Source: Candidatus Saccharimonadota bacterium (GTDB lineage: Bacteria > Patescibacteriota > Saccharimonadia > Saccharimonadales > UBA4665). From it: DNA of 32,000 nt. Where the stretch lies: positions 960,001 to 992,000 of the forward strand of contig CP025011.1 of NCBI GenBank assembly GCA_002952755.1, written 5' to 3'. Position numbers and translations under genes: made by a program. Positions 6,779 to 14,636 of the stretch are shown here, piece by piece; within the stretch, counting starts at the first letter, position 1, and every line of letters starts with the position of its first letter. The notes beneath the pieces were generated by a model. That model worked only from the letters and a program-made list of their open reading frames with translations. It was not told the DNA's origin and made no database searches.

Positions 6779-9727
6779 ATGGGGAGAAAAAATATAATGC
6801 AAAGGAGCATGGCATTCATAGCCATGCTTATTTTGAGTTGCTCGGGCATCACCCCGTTCCTGACGCTTTCGCGCGTGCATGCCGTGGGGTCTGAGTCGAT
6901 ATGGTCGGGCACTGCCACGCCGGCGCACATTGATTCTGGCGACGGCAATTCGGTGGAGCTGGGTGTTAAATTCACGGTTGCAGTCAGCGGTACTGCCACA
7001 GGGGTCAGCTTTTATAAAGCCGCCGCGAACACCGGTACGCATGTAGGCCATTTATGGTCGAGTACCGGCGGTAAAATGGCGGAAGTAACGTTTAGTGGTG
7101 AAAGTGCTTCCGGCTGGCAAACAGCCACTTTTGCCGCGCCTGTTGCGCTCACCCCAAACACCACATACATCGCATCGTACTTGGCGCCAGCAGGGCACTA
7201 TTCCTACGACAGTGCGACTGCTGATCCCAGCAACCTAACGAACGCTATCGCCAGCACCAATGGTGATATCACCGCACTCGCATCCGGAACAGCGGGCGGG
7301 AATGGTGTGTATAATTACACATCCTCACCGAGCGGTGGATTCCCCATCAACTCGTACCAATCAAGTAATTACTGGGTAGATGTACTCTTTACGCCGGGCG
7401 GCACTACACCTCCGCCGCCACCGGCTACCACTATCTATAGCTCAAACTTCGTACCAACCGAGCCAGCTACATCTGACAGCAACTCAGCCTCGTTGGGCGT
7501 ACAGTTCCAGGCTCAAACAGCTGGCTACATCAGCGGCATACGCTTTTATAAAGGCGGCACCAACACAGGCACGCACGTAGGCAGCCTGTGGACGGGCAAG
7601 CACACCCTACTCGCACAAGCCACCTTTACTAATGAGACAGCGACGGGTTGGCAAGATGTACGTTTTGCAGATATGGTGCCTGTTGCTGCTAATACCACCT
7701 ACATTGCATCGTACTTTGCCCCGAATGGACATTACTCATACACGAGCGGCGGCCTGGCCAGCGGCATTGTCAATACACCCTTGGTAGCATTGCCAGGCAA
7801 CAGTACCCCTGGAGGCAACGGCGTGTATTCCTATGGTGCGATACCTCAAGTACCGATTAAGGCCACAACCGGCAGCGACTATGCAGTGGACGTGGATTTT
7901 TCATCCACTTACATAGCTCCAACGATCACGCAGCCGGCGCCACGAGGCGGTGTCACAGGCACTGGATCAGTATTGGTTTTAACCGACCCAACGAATCATT
8001 TTTCGGACAACTACTGCAACGCCATCTTGCAGACAAAGGGCATTGCCTGTGCGGCAACCGATACTGGAAACCTTACCGCAGCCTCAGTTTTGACCCCTTA
8101 CCACACGGTTATTCTAGCCGATGGGGCGCCACTGACGGCCAACCAGGTAACACTAGTAACTAATTGGGTAAACGCCGGCGGCAACTTCATCGCTATGAAG
8201 CCAGCTGACAACCTGAACAACTTGCTTGGTCTGGGCACGCGAGACAATATTCTGCCCGATGCCTATATAAAAATTGATACCACTCAATCTCCAGGAAATG
8301 GCATCGACGCTCAAACCCTACAATTCCACAGCGTTGCCGATGAGCGCCCCCTCGCAGGCGCACGTGCCATAGCGCTGTTGTACAGCGACGCTTCCACGGC
8401 CACCAGCTATCCGGCCGTTTCTACCAAGACCGTTGGTAGCGGTACCGCCTCGGCTTGGATGTACGACTTGGCACGCTCAGTCGTATACACCCGAGAAGGC
8501 AACCCTGGCCTCGCTGGCCAAGCCGCCACAAGCGATTCATATCCACGCATGGGCGATCGTTTTGCCTTTGGCTATCTGGACGCTACTAAGGCAGCCGTAC
8601 CTCAGGCAGATCTCCAGGTTACACTCCTTGCCAACCAAATCGAGACTACTAAATACCCATTCCCCATCAAGTGGGCATTCCCCAGCTATAAAGTAGATGC
8701 CAACCATCCCAACGGTCTGCTCAAAGCGGCCTTCATCATGACCGGTGATGATCATGCCACCCCCAGCTCACAAACCCTCACCCGTTTTGCCAGCGAAACT
8801 GCTGCCAGCCCCGCAGGCTGTAACGTTGCGGCCTGGACTTGCATTCGTTCCACCAGCTATGCATACGCCGGAGCTTTCAATGATGCCAGTGCCAAATCGT
8901 ATGCCGATGCTGGATTCGAAGTAAGCCCACATATTTCCGAAAGCGGCAACTGCGCTGCCGACTGGTCTACGCAATCCCAACTAGAGTCAATCTTCAGTAG
9001 CGACTTAAACGGCTGGCAATCGTCGTTCCCAACGCTCAACGCCGCCCATTCGCCGTTAACGGAACGCTTGCACTGCTACGGCATTTGGCGTGATTACGCT
9101 ACCGTCGCCAAAGAAGAGGCAGTTCACGGTATCAAAGCCGATATGAACAGCTCTTGCTGGCCGAACGCGCTCTTTAACGTAGGGCAATGTCTGTTTACAG
9201 GGTCCGGCCTCCCCCAGAACATGGCCGACTCCGATGGTACCCTCACCGGCGTCAACCAATTTGCCACTCAGGCAACTGACGAGAACCCCAGCACTGTGGA
9301 TCAAACAGCGCTCAACACCCTCATCACCAATGCCACTGGAGCGAACGGCTACTATGGATACTTCACCGTACTTGGTCACCTCGATAATCAGTCCATTTCC
9401 AATCAAACGGAGGCATCTGTACTAAGCGTTGCCGCTAACAACGATATTCCAGTTATCTCCGGCGCACAGGCCCAAACATTCTGGGCAGCCCGCAACGCAA
9501 CCGCCATTTCCAACCCAGTCTACGCAACAGGCAAGATTACCTTTACGGTCAGTAATCCGGCAGCTAATTTGCTTATGTTGCAACCTAGCAAGTACGGCAC
9601 GAAAACCGTTTCGACCATCAAAAATGGTACAACGACGATCGCCTTTGGAACACAGATCATCAATGGCGTCTCCTATGCAGTATTCCCCGCTGCATCGGCA
9701 GGCACGTACACCATTACTTACCTGTAG
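6779..9727 (+). CDS. Secreted 982-aa protein with two tandem DUF4082 domains and a large uncharacterised C-terminal region
   Basis: Signal-peptide-like N-terminus (MAFIAMLILSCSG...VHA/VG). Two copies of the DUF4082 pattern (LGV.F....G...G.RFYK...NTGTHVG.LW...G..LA..TF..E.ASGWQ...F..PV....TTYIASY.AP.GHYSY) at aa 40-205 and 218-375, joined by a PPPPP linker. AGGAG SD upstream. Confidence 0.8.
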   Translation: MGRKNIMQRSMAFIAMLILSCSGITPFLTLSRVHAVGSESIWSGTATPAHIDSGDGNSVELGVKFTVAVSGTATGVSFYKAAANTGTHVGHLWSSTGGKMAEVTFSGESASGWQTATFAAPVALTPNTTYIASYLAPAGHYSYDSATADPSNLTNAIASTNGDITALASGTAGGNGVYNYTSSPSGGFPINSYQSSNYWVDVLFTPGGTTPPPPPATTIYSSNFVPTEPATSDSNSASLGVQFQAQTAGYISGIRFYKGGTNTGTHVGSLWTGKHTLLAQATFTNETATGWQDVRFADMVPVAANTTYIASYFAPNGHYSYTSGGLASGIVNTPLVALPGNSTPGGNGVYSYGAIPQVPIKATTGSDYAVDVDFSSTYIAPTITQPAPRGGVTGTGSVLVLTDPTNHFSDNYCNAILQTKGIACAATDTGNLTAASVLTPYHTVILADGAPLTANQVTLVTNWVNAGGNFIAMKPADNLNNLLGLGTRDNILPDAYIKIDTTQSPGNGIDAQTLQFHSVADERPLAGARAIALLYSDASTATSYPAVSTKTVGSGTASAWMYDLARSVVYTREGNPGLAGQAATSDSYPRMGDRFAFGYLDATKAAVPQADLQVTLLANQIETTKYPFPIKWAFPSYKVDANHPNGLLKAAFIMTGDDHATPSSQTLTRFASETAASPAGCNVAAWTCIRSTSYAYAGAFNDASAKSYADAGFEVSPHISESGNCAADWSTQSQLESIFSSDLNGWQSSFPTLNAAHSPLTERLHCYGIWRDYATVAKEEAVHGIKADMNSSCWPNALFNVGQCLFTGSGLPQNMADSDGTLTGVNQFATQATDENPSTVDQTALNTLITNATGANGYYGYFTVLGHLDNQSISNQTEASVLSVAANNDIPVISGAQAQTFWAARNATAISNPVYATGKITFTVSNPAANLLMLQPSKYGTKTVSTIKNGTTTIAFGTQIINGVSYAVFPAASAGTYTITYL

Positions 9728-9756
9728 AGTAAGGGTTCAAGCTTCTCCTAAGCTGC

Positions 9757-9787
9757 AAAAGGCCGGGTTTCATACCCGGCCTTTTGT
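9757..9787. terminator. Hairpin terminator with symmetric flanks: A-run, 8-bp GC stem, T-run
   Basis: aaaaGGCCGGGTttcatACCCGGCCttttgtg. The T-run on the plus strand and the A-run upstream make it usable in both directions. Confidence 0.8.
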
Positions 9788-9807
9788 GCGCCGCCAAAAT
9801 ATATATT

Positions 9808-10197
9808 GGTAGCCATGCCAGCAAACCCCACACTGAGTGGTGTACTATATGGTTCATGCCCGCCGCTTAGGCAACGAGGCATATGTGTCCCGAACTTCGC
9901 TTCGGCCAGGTAATCAACTACGGCGGTACTCCCATGGCTAGCGCCGTGCCCCAGGTACGGAACTTCTTTAAAGTTTCATTTGTAACAGTTGTCTCTACGA
10001 ATGGCCCCTGGGGCTCTACTGCGATAGACCCTACTACCGTGTCCGACTGCCGCCGATAGGCAACAGCTAAAAACCTAAAAAGACACCGCAGTTGCCAGGA
10101 CACCACCTGTGAGTACGGTATTCATGCTACTGTCGGGCGCTACTGCATCCAGGGAAAAGGGCATAAAGGCGTTCCACACGATCGCCTCACCCGTTTT
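9808..10197 (+). ncRNA. Candidate orphan transcript: a structured RNA of unknown class and/or a 32-codon leaderless small ORF (9815-9913)
   Basis: Bracketed by terminators at 9757-9787 and 10159-10197. TATATT at 9802-9807 lies 7 nt from ATG 9815. Multiple helices and repeated motifs are detailed in the findings. No match to tmRNA, RNase P, SRP or 6S hallmarks. Strand and identity are uncertain. Confidence 0.25.
10159..10197. terminator. Imperfect bidirectional hairpin terminator downstream of the ABC-2 permease
   Basis: GGGcaTaaAGGCG-11 nt loop-CGCCTcACCC. Followed by GTTTTGT on the plus strand and by TTTTCCC on the minus strand. Confidence 0.45.
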
Positions 10198-10250
10198 GTA
10201 TATATAGCTAGAGTTCTCTCACTCACAGAATCGAAAATCAAGCTGTAATT

Positions 10251-11060
10251 CTATTGCGAAGTCTTACGACGGAAAAGAATAGAGGCCAGTGGCAACGCCA
10301 CAACAAGCATACCGACACACCAAACTACTGCCAGCCAGCCATGATTACCAATGGGAGACCCTAAAATCAACGCACGAACAGCCTCAACCACCTGCGTGAT
10401 AGGTTGGTTTACAGCGAAATCACGCAGAATGTGATTCATACCTTCAGCCGGCACGAAAGCAGTGCTGGCAAAAGTGAGCGGAAAGATCATTACAAAGGTC
10501 AGCCACTGTACGGCCTCAACACTTTTGGCAAACAGCCCGATAATTGCCGCCAACCACGAAAAGGCAAAGGTGAACAGAAACAAAATACCAGCGATATACA
10601 GCCAGTGCAGCGGATTAGCATGGCTACGGAAACCGATGGCCAGCCCCGTAAGTAGCATCACCGACGTGGAGATAGTATTGCGGAATAGGTCTGAGGTGAC
10701 GTGTCCGTTGAGCACGGCGAGATTAGACATCGGCAGGGAACGGAAGCGATCGATGATCCCTTTTTGGAGGTCATTGCAAACCGATACAGCCGTGGTCGTC
10801 GAGCCAAAAGCCACGGTTTGTACGATGATACCGGCCATCAAAAAATTAAGGTAGGTGACTCCAGCCGGCAACGCTTTAGAAATCGCACCACCAAAGACCG
10901 TCGAAAATAACACCAAAAACATCACCGGCTGGAAGAACGCACCGAGCAGCTGATCGGTGTTACGGATAATATGCAGTGTACTACGCTTGATCATCAGCAA
11001 CGAATCGTTGAGCGACAACCACCATTTCGGTTTTTTCTCGAATACCAGCTCAGCAGCCAT
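10251..11060 (-). CDS. ABC-2 type transporter permease (DrrB-like)
   Basis: 269 aa with about 6 hydrophobic spans and an ABC-2 family layout. Its ATG overlaps the stop of the upstream ATPase (TAATG). Confidence 0.85.
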   Translation of the reverse strand: MAAELVFEKKPKWWLSLNDSLLMIKRSTLHIIRNTDQLLGAFFQPVMFLVLFSTVFGGAISKALPAGVTYLNFLMAGIIVQTVAFGSTTTAVSVCNDLQKGIIDRFRSLPMSNLAVLNGHVTSDLFRNTISTSVMLLTGLAIGFRSHANPLHWLYIAGILFLFTFAFSWLAAIIGLFAKSVEAVQWLTFVMIFPLTFASTAFVPAEGMNHILRDFAVNQPITQVVEAVRALILGSPIGNHGWLAVVWCVGMLVVALPLASILFRRKTSQ

Positions 11061-12034
11061 TATTTTGTCTCCTCTTTTTTCGTGGTTTTCTGTTTGCCGG
11101 TAAGCGACAAGAACACGTCGTCGAGCGTTGGCTTGTGGATCTCCATCGATTGCACGTGCACTTTAGCTTCAGCCAGCGCGTTCAACGTTTGGCGGATATC
11201 AGTGTCGGTGTCTTTAATAACCACCGTCGCTGTGTACTCCTTGTCATTCGTCTCCACCACACTCTTAGCGAGCAGGGTCGTCGCCTGTTTGAACGCAGGC
11301 TCATTCTTGAAACTTAGCTCCAGCCGATCATTACCAACCTTGCTCTTTAGTTCAGCCGCCGTGCCTTCGGCAATAACCTTGCCGCCATCAATGACGACGA
11401 TACTATCAGCAAGCTGGTCTGCCTCATCGAGATATTGGGTTGTGAGCAGAATCGTTGTCCCATCAGCTAGGAGTTTCTTAATGATGTTCCACATCGATAA
11501 GCGCGAGCGCGGGTCCAATCCGGTCGTAGGTTCATCCAAAAAGATAACGGGCGGCACCGCGATGAGACTGACTGCCAGGTCCAACCGGCGGCGCATACCG
11601 CCAGAGTAAGTTTTGGCCGGGCGCTCGGCCGCCTTCAGTAAATCAAAATCTTCGAGTAACTCCTGGGCACGAGCCTTGGCGCTCGCTGGCGTCAAACGAT
11701 ACAAACGGCCCATCATGACGAGATTTTCGCGGCCAGTGAGCAATTCGTCGACTGCGGCAGACTGGCCAGTTAGCCCGATGACCCCTCGCACCTTATCGGC
11801 TTCTTTAATGAGGTCAAACCCTTCAACATGGACAGTGCCGCTGTCAAAACCGAGCAACGTGCTCAAAATACGCACTGTCGTGGTTTTACCGGCACCATTT
11901 GGCCCTAGAAGTGCGACCATTGTGCCGCGTTTTACCTTCAGATTAATGCCTTTCAAGACTTTGTTCTGACCATACGATTTCACCAGATTTTTTGCTTCGA
12001 TTACATAGTCGGTATCTGCCATAGTGGCCCTCAT
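11060..12034 (-). CDS. ABC transporter ATP-binding protein (DrrA/daunorubicin-resistance-like)
   Basis: Walker A GPNGAGKTT, signature YSGGMRRRL and Walker B IFLDEPTTGLD. C-terminal domain typical of DrrA-type ATPases. Confidence 0.9.
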   Translation of the reverse strand: MRATMADTDYVIEAKNLVKSYGQNKVLKGINLKVKRGTMVALLGPNGAGKTTTVRILSTLLGFDSGTVHVEGFDLIKEADKVRGVIGLTGQSAAVDELLTGRENLVMMGRLYRLTPASAKARAQELLEDFDLLKAAERPAKTYSGGMRRRLDLAVSLIAVPPVIFLDEPTTGLDPRSRLSMWNIIKKLLADGTTILLTTQYLDEADQLADSIVVIDGGKVIAEGTAAELKSKVGNDRLELSFKNEPAFKQATTLLAKSVVETNDKEYTATVVIKDTDTDIRQTLNALAEAKVHVQSMEIHKPTLDDVFLSLTGKQKTTKKEETK

Positions 12035-12042
12035 TTTCGATA

Positions 12043-12048
12043 ATTATA
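12043..12048 (-). promoter_or_regulatory. -10 hexamer TATAAT, 8 nt upstream of the ABC ATPase ATG (leaderless geometry)
   Basis: The reverse strand reads agtTATAATtatcgaaaATG. Confidence 0.4.
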
Positions 12049-12170
12049 ACTTCTGCAACAGATTACCATATTTTCTTCAAAAACAGTTAGCGGATTAACG
12101 AATCTAATCCTTTATCTAAAAACTCGCGATTCACTTGTTCTGCTAATGTTCGACTGATATCGTAACCGAT

Positions 12171-13016
12171 ATGAGTTTTAAGTTCGCCGAACAAGAATTG
12201 GGCCACCCGTATAATGTATGTAAGACAAAATTCTTAGAGACCGCCTGGTATTCTGGGCCAGATGAACAGACTATTAATACTGCACGCGAATTCCTTTCGC
12301 CAGCGACAGCTTTTATGCTGGATCTTACTTTGTCGACGCTTGAGCAACCAGACGTCCTGGAAAAACTGCCGCATGAAGTTGCGCGCAGAAGTACTATCGC
12401 GGCTCATCTTGCTACAAACATAGCGGAACTGTTCACTAAACAAGGCGCACTTGTAGCTCTGTATAACGAAAAGCCTAAATTAAGGAATGCTATGGATTCT
12501 GGTCGGCTAGAGATGCTTATAGATTTTGATGTGATGGGCCCTCTTGTCGTAGATCCTTTTGTTGACCCAGCAGTCGTAATTGGCGGTGGTGTACGGGCAG
12601 TTCATCAGTTTCCCAAGAAGAGAGAAGTGCCGGATTGTTGGCGCAACAATACGCTCAATGCAAAAGACATTATCATACGCAGTGGACGCAGTTTGAGCCT
12701 AATAGGATCACTGCCCGATAAGGAAGTGAAACCCTTCCTCGCAAGACTGGGGCAACCTTATGCTAAAGTCGGTAGTTTTGACCCTATAGAGACAGATGGC
12801 CTACCTGCACTTCGTTTTACCAATGAGACGCTGAGGCTCATGGGCAATCTCATGACTAAAGGGTCCGGCTGTCCTGCACGTACGTTGCAAGACCCCGAGT
12901 CATTAGCCCCAATTACAGAATTCAGTTTTTTTGATGCAACATGGGTTAGAACAGCCAACCTTTTTCTCGATTCCGGCGGCATGGCGTCATATCACAAAAA
13001 TAGAAAACGACACTAA
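12171..13016 (+). CDS. Hypothetical protein (281 aa), no family recognised
   Basis: Long ORF in an otherwise empty slot. No motif I can name. No SD and no well-spaced -10 in front of the ATG, so the start is uncertain. Confidence 0.5.
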   Translation: MSFKFAEQELGHPYNVCKTKFLETAWYSGPDEQTINTAREFLSPATAFMLDLTLSTLEQPDVLEKLPHEVARRSTIAAHLATNIAELFTKQGALVALYNEKPKLRNAMDSGRLEMLIDFDVMGPLVVDPFVDPAVVIGGGVRAVHQFPKKREVPDCWRNNTLNAKDIIIRSGRSLSLIGSLPDKEVKPFLARLGQPYAKVGSFDPIETDGLPALRFTNETLRLMGNLMTKGSGCPARTLQDPESLAPITEFSFFDATWVRTANLFLDSGGMASYHKNRKRH

Positions 13017-13029
13017 GAACACCTTGGTA

Positions 13030-14070
13030 CTAGCCTTCAACCTCATATAACGCAACAACGTACATGCTCTCAGACCACCCTAGGGGGTTGTTCTCGTTCG
13101 CCTGGTTGCTATGCGAGAAATATAACTCGGGGATTTTGCCATCTTTGGTAACCGTATCGGTGGCACGCCGCAAATATTCGCGGGCTTTGTCGTGGTTGCC
13201 AAGCCGCTTGTAGGCAATCGCCAGCCAGCTGAGGCCAAAGCACCATTCGGCTTCTTCTGAGTATCCGTCGGAATTGCGGTTGTAGTAGGCGTCAAACTTG
13301 TAGCGCATCACGCCTTTGTCTTTGGTGAGGTGATACTCAAGATTTGTAACAATCTCCTGAGCCATCTCTGGGGTAACAACGTTATAGGGGTAGACGAGCG
13401 AGAGCAGGGCGAGGTCGGTAAACTTCGACTCCGACTCGCGGGGCAACAGCTCTTTCAGTGCAGCTTCGCCACGGTCAATTGCGTCTTGGTCGACATCCAT
13501 CGTGCCTACCTGCTGCCATTTTTTAAGGCCGGCCAGCACGGCGCCTATCGAGCTGGCGTGAATCTCCTCATTTTCTTCCCACATGCCCGAGTCGGTGTCG
13601 TGCCAATACTCCACGTTGCAGATGTAATAAATGAGCGTCTGGACGGTTTTACGATCTTTGTCACTGCGCAGCATGCTATGGCCCTGCAGCTCAAAATCGG
13701 CCAACTTAAAGAGCACTGCGCCGACAGCATCGTGCTGCTTGTTGCCCCACGATTCCCAAAATTCTTCCAGCGTATCCGGATTGTAGCGGGCATGAATGAA
13801 CTGCCAGCTCTCAAATGGTTTATTTGTAACGGCCCAGTTGATCTTATCGATATGTTTGTCGAAGATGTCTAAGAGCGTGTGATAGGTTTTGCGTACCACG
13901 TCCCACTGCCCCGCATATTCGAACGCAAGCGCCTCGTACACATTATCGCGCAACCAGGCCTTGTCGTAACCCGTTTGCACGCTCAGTGATGAGGCTAAAA
14001 ATAAACCAGAAGGAGTGATTAATTTGCGGAGGTTGTCCAAATGGTGGTTAATTCGGTTTTGGTCGGGCAT
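13030..14070 (-). CDS. Glycoside hydrolase family 15-like protein (catalytic (alpha/alpha)6 domain only)
   Basis: 346 aa. GYDKAWLRDNVY and DSGMWEENEEIHASSIG resemble the GH15 W(I/L)RD and WEE catalytic-region motifs. GGAGG SD inside the upstream ORF. Confidence 0.7.
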   Translation of the reverse strand: MPDQNRINHHLDNLRKLITPSGLFLASSLSVQTGYDKAWLRDNVYEALAFEYAGQWDVVRKTYHTLLDIFDKHIDKINWAVTNKPFESWQFIHARYNPDTLEEFWESWGNKQHDAVGAVLFKLADFELQGHSMLRSDKDRKTVQTLIYYICNVEYWHDTDSGMWEENEEIHASSIGAVLAGLKKWQQVGTMDVDQDAIDRGEAALKELLPRESESKFTDLALLSLVYPYNVVTPEMAQEIVTNLEYHLTKDKGVMRYKFDAYYNRNSDGYSEEAEWCFGLSWLAIAYKRLGNHDKAREYLRRATDTVTKDGKIPELYFSHSNQANENNPLGWSESMYVVALYEVEG

Positions 14071-14073
14071 ACC

Positions 14074-14571
14074 TTAGTTACCTCCATTGTGGCTATGGTC
14101 GATGGCATCGTGAACGTTGCGCTCGTATAAAAATCCCAGCAGTGCGTTCAAAATCTTTTCAGACCCTTGGCCATTGTGTAGTTCCGCACGCACCTCGGCG
14201 GCTGCGGCTTCCAGACGGAATAACTCGGCTGCGAGTGCTACATGCTCCCGGACAACACCATCTTCTAAAGCTTCAGCCTTCCTAAGCAGGGCGTCATGGG
14301 CCTGCTGCGCTTCGGCAATAGGAATCGTACAGCGGCTGCAGACATCATATTCACCCACATGCAGCTCATGGCCGCCGTAATCGAACACTTCTGCCTTCGG
14401 CAATTCGTGCAATGCTTGCTCTACAATAGCGAGCGCCTGGCCGGCTGCCGCTGTCACATCTGGATCATCCGACTGTTTTTTGATCATACCTATATCAACC
14501 CACCTACTGTCTACTAATTTTAGAATTATACCATTAGCACTTTCCCGCGGGTAGCCGATGCAATTTGCCAT
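14074..14571 (-). CDS. Hypothetical protein with an HxxH-x6-CxxC motif and a helical His-rich C-terminus
   Basis: 165-aa ORF whose stop lies 3 nt before the GH15 ATG. Motif H68-ELH71-x6-C78-SRC81. An alternative start at M29 (14487) is possible. Confidence 0.5.
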   Translation of the reverse strand: MANCIGYPRESANGIILKLVDSRWVDIGMIKKQSDDPDVTAAAGQALAIVEQALHELPKAEVFDYGGHELHVGEYDVCSRCTIPIAEAQQAHDALLRKAEALEDGVVREHVALAAELFRLEAAAAEVRAELHNGQGSEKILNALLGFLYERNVHDAIDHSHNGGN

Positions 14572-14622
14572 ACTATATTTCCAAAAATCCCCAAGGCTGG
14601 CGTTGAAGCATGGCTTGCATTG

Positions 14623-14628
14623 TATAAT
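14623..14628 (+). promoter_or_regulatory. -10 hexamer TATAAT (ttgTATAAT), 8 nt upstream of ATG 14637
   Basis: The sequence reads cattgTATAATaagtaattATG. Confidence 0.4.
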
Positions 14629-14636
14629 AAGTAATT

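Noticed and set aside
9883-10106. A 58-codon plus-strand ORF (9883-10059, MCPELRFGQV...) and the 62-aa minus-strand track ORF (9918-10106).
   Set aside because: They are mutually antisense over the same DNA and have no recognisable motifs. The plus-strand ORF has GAGG only 3 nt from its ATG, and the minus-strand ORF has no signal at all. They are more likely chance frames in a structured or non-coding region.
9788-10200. Possible identity of the long intergenic region as tmRNA, RNase P RNA, SRP RNA or 6S RNA (the size, about 370-390 nt, fits the first two).
   Set aside because: Read on both strands, the hallmarks are missing. There is no tRNA-like 3' end (no GGTTCGAnnCC-type T-arm followed by an acceptor strand and ACCA pairing to a GGGG 5' end). 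There is no plausible tag ORF ending in hydrophobic or Ala residues. The RNase P CR-I/CR-V blocks (GAGGAAAGTCC, ACAGAAnCCGGCTTA) and the SRP GGAA/AGCA domain IV motifs are also absent. It is kept only as an RNA of unknown class.
10971-11969. Long ORFs antisense to the ABC ATPase (212 aa and 118 aa). Similar shadow ORFs occur at 13330-13872, 18289-18768, 24481-24915, 25834-26232, 30223-30612 and 30992-31318.
   Set aside because: Each lies entirely within, or antisense to, a gene with strong family motifs. Their sequences are low-complexity (Ser/Arg/Ala/Leu-rich) and they lack start signals. These are typical shadow frames.
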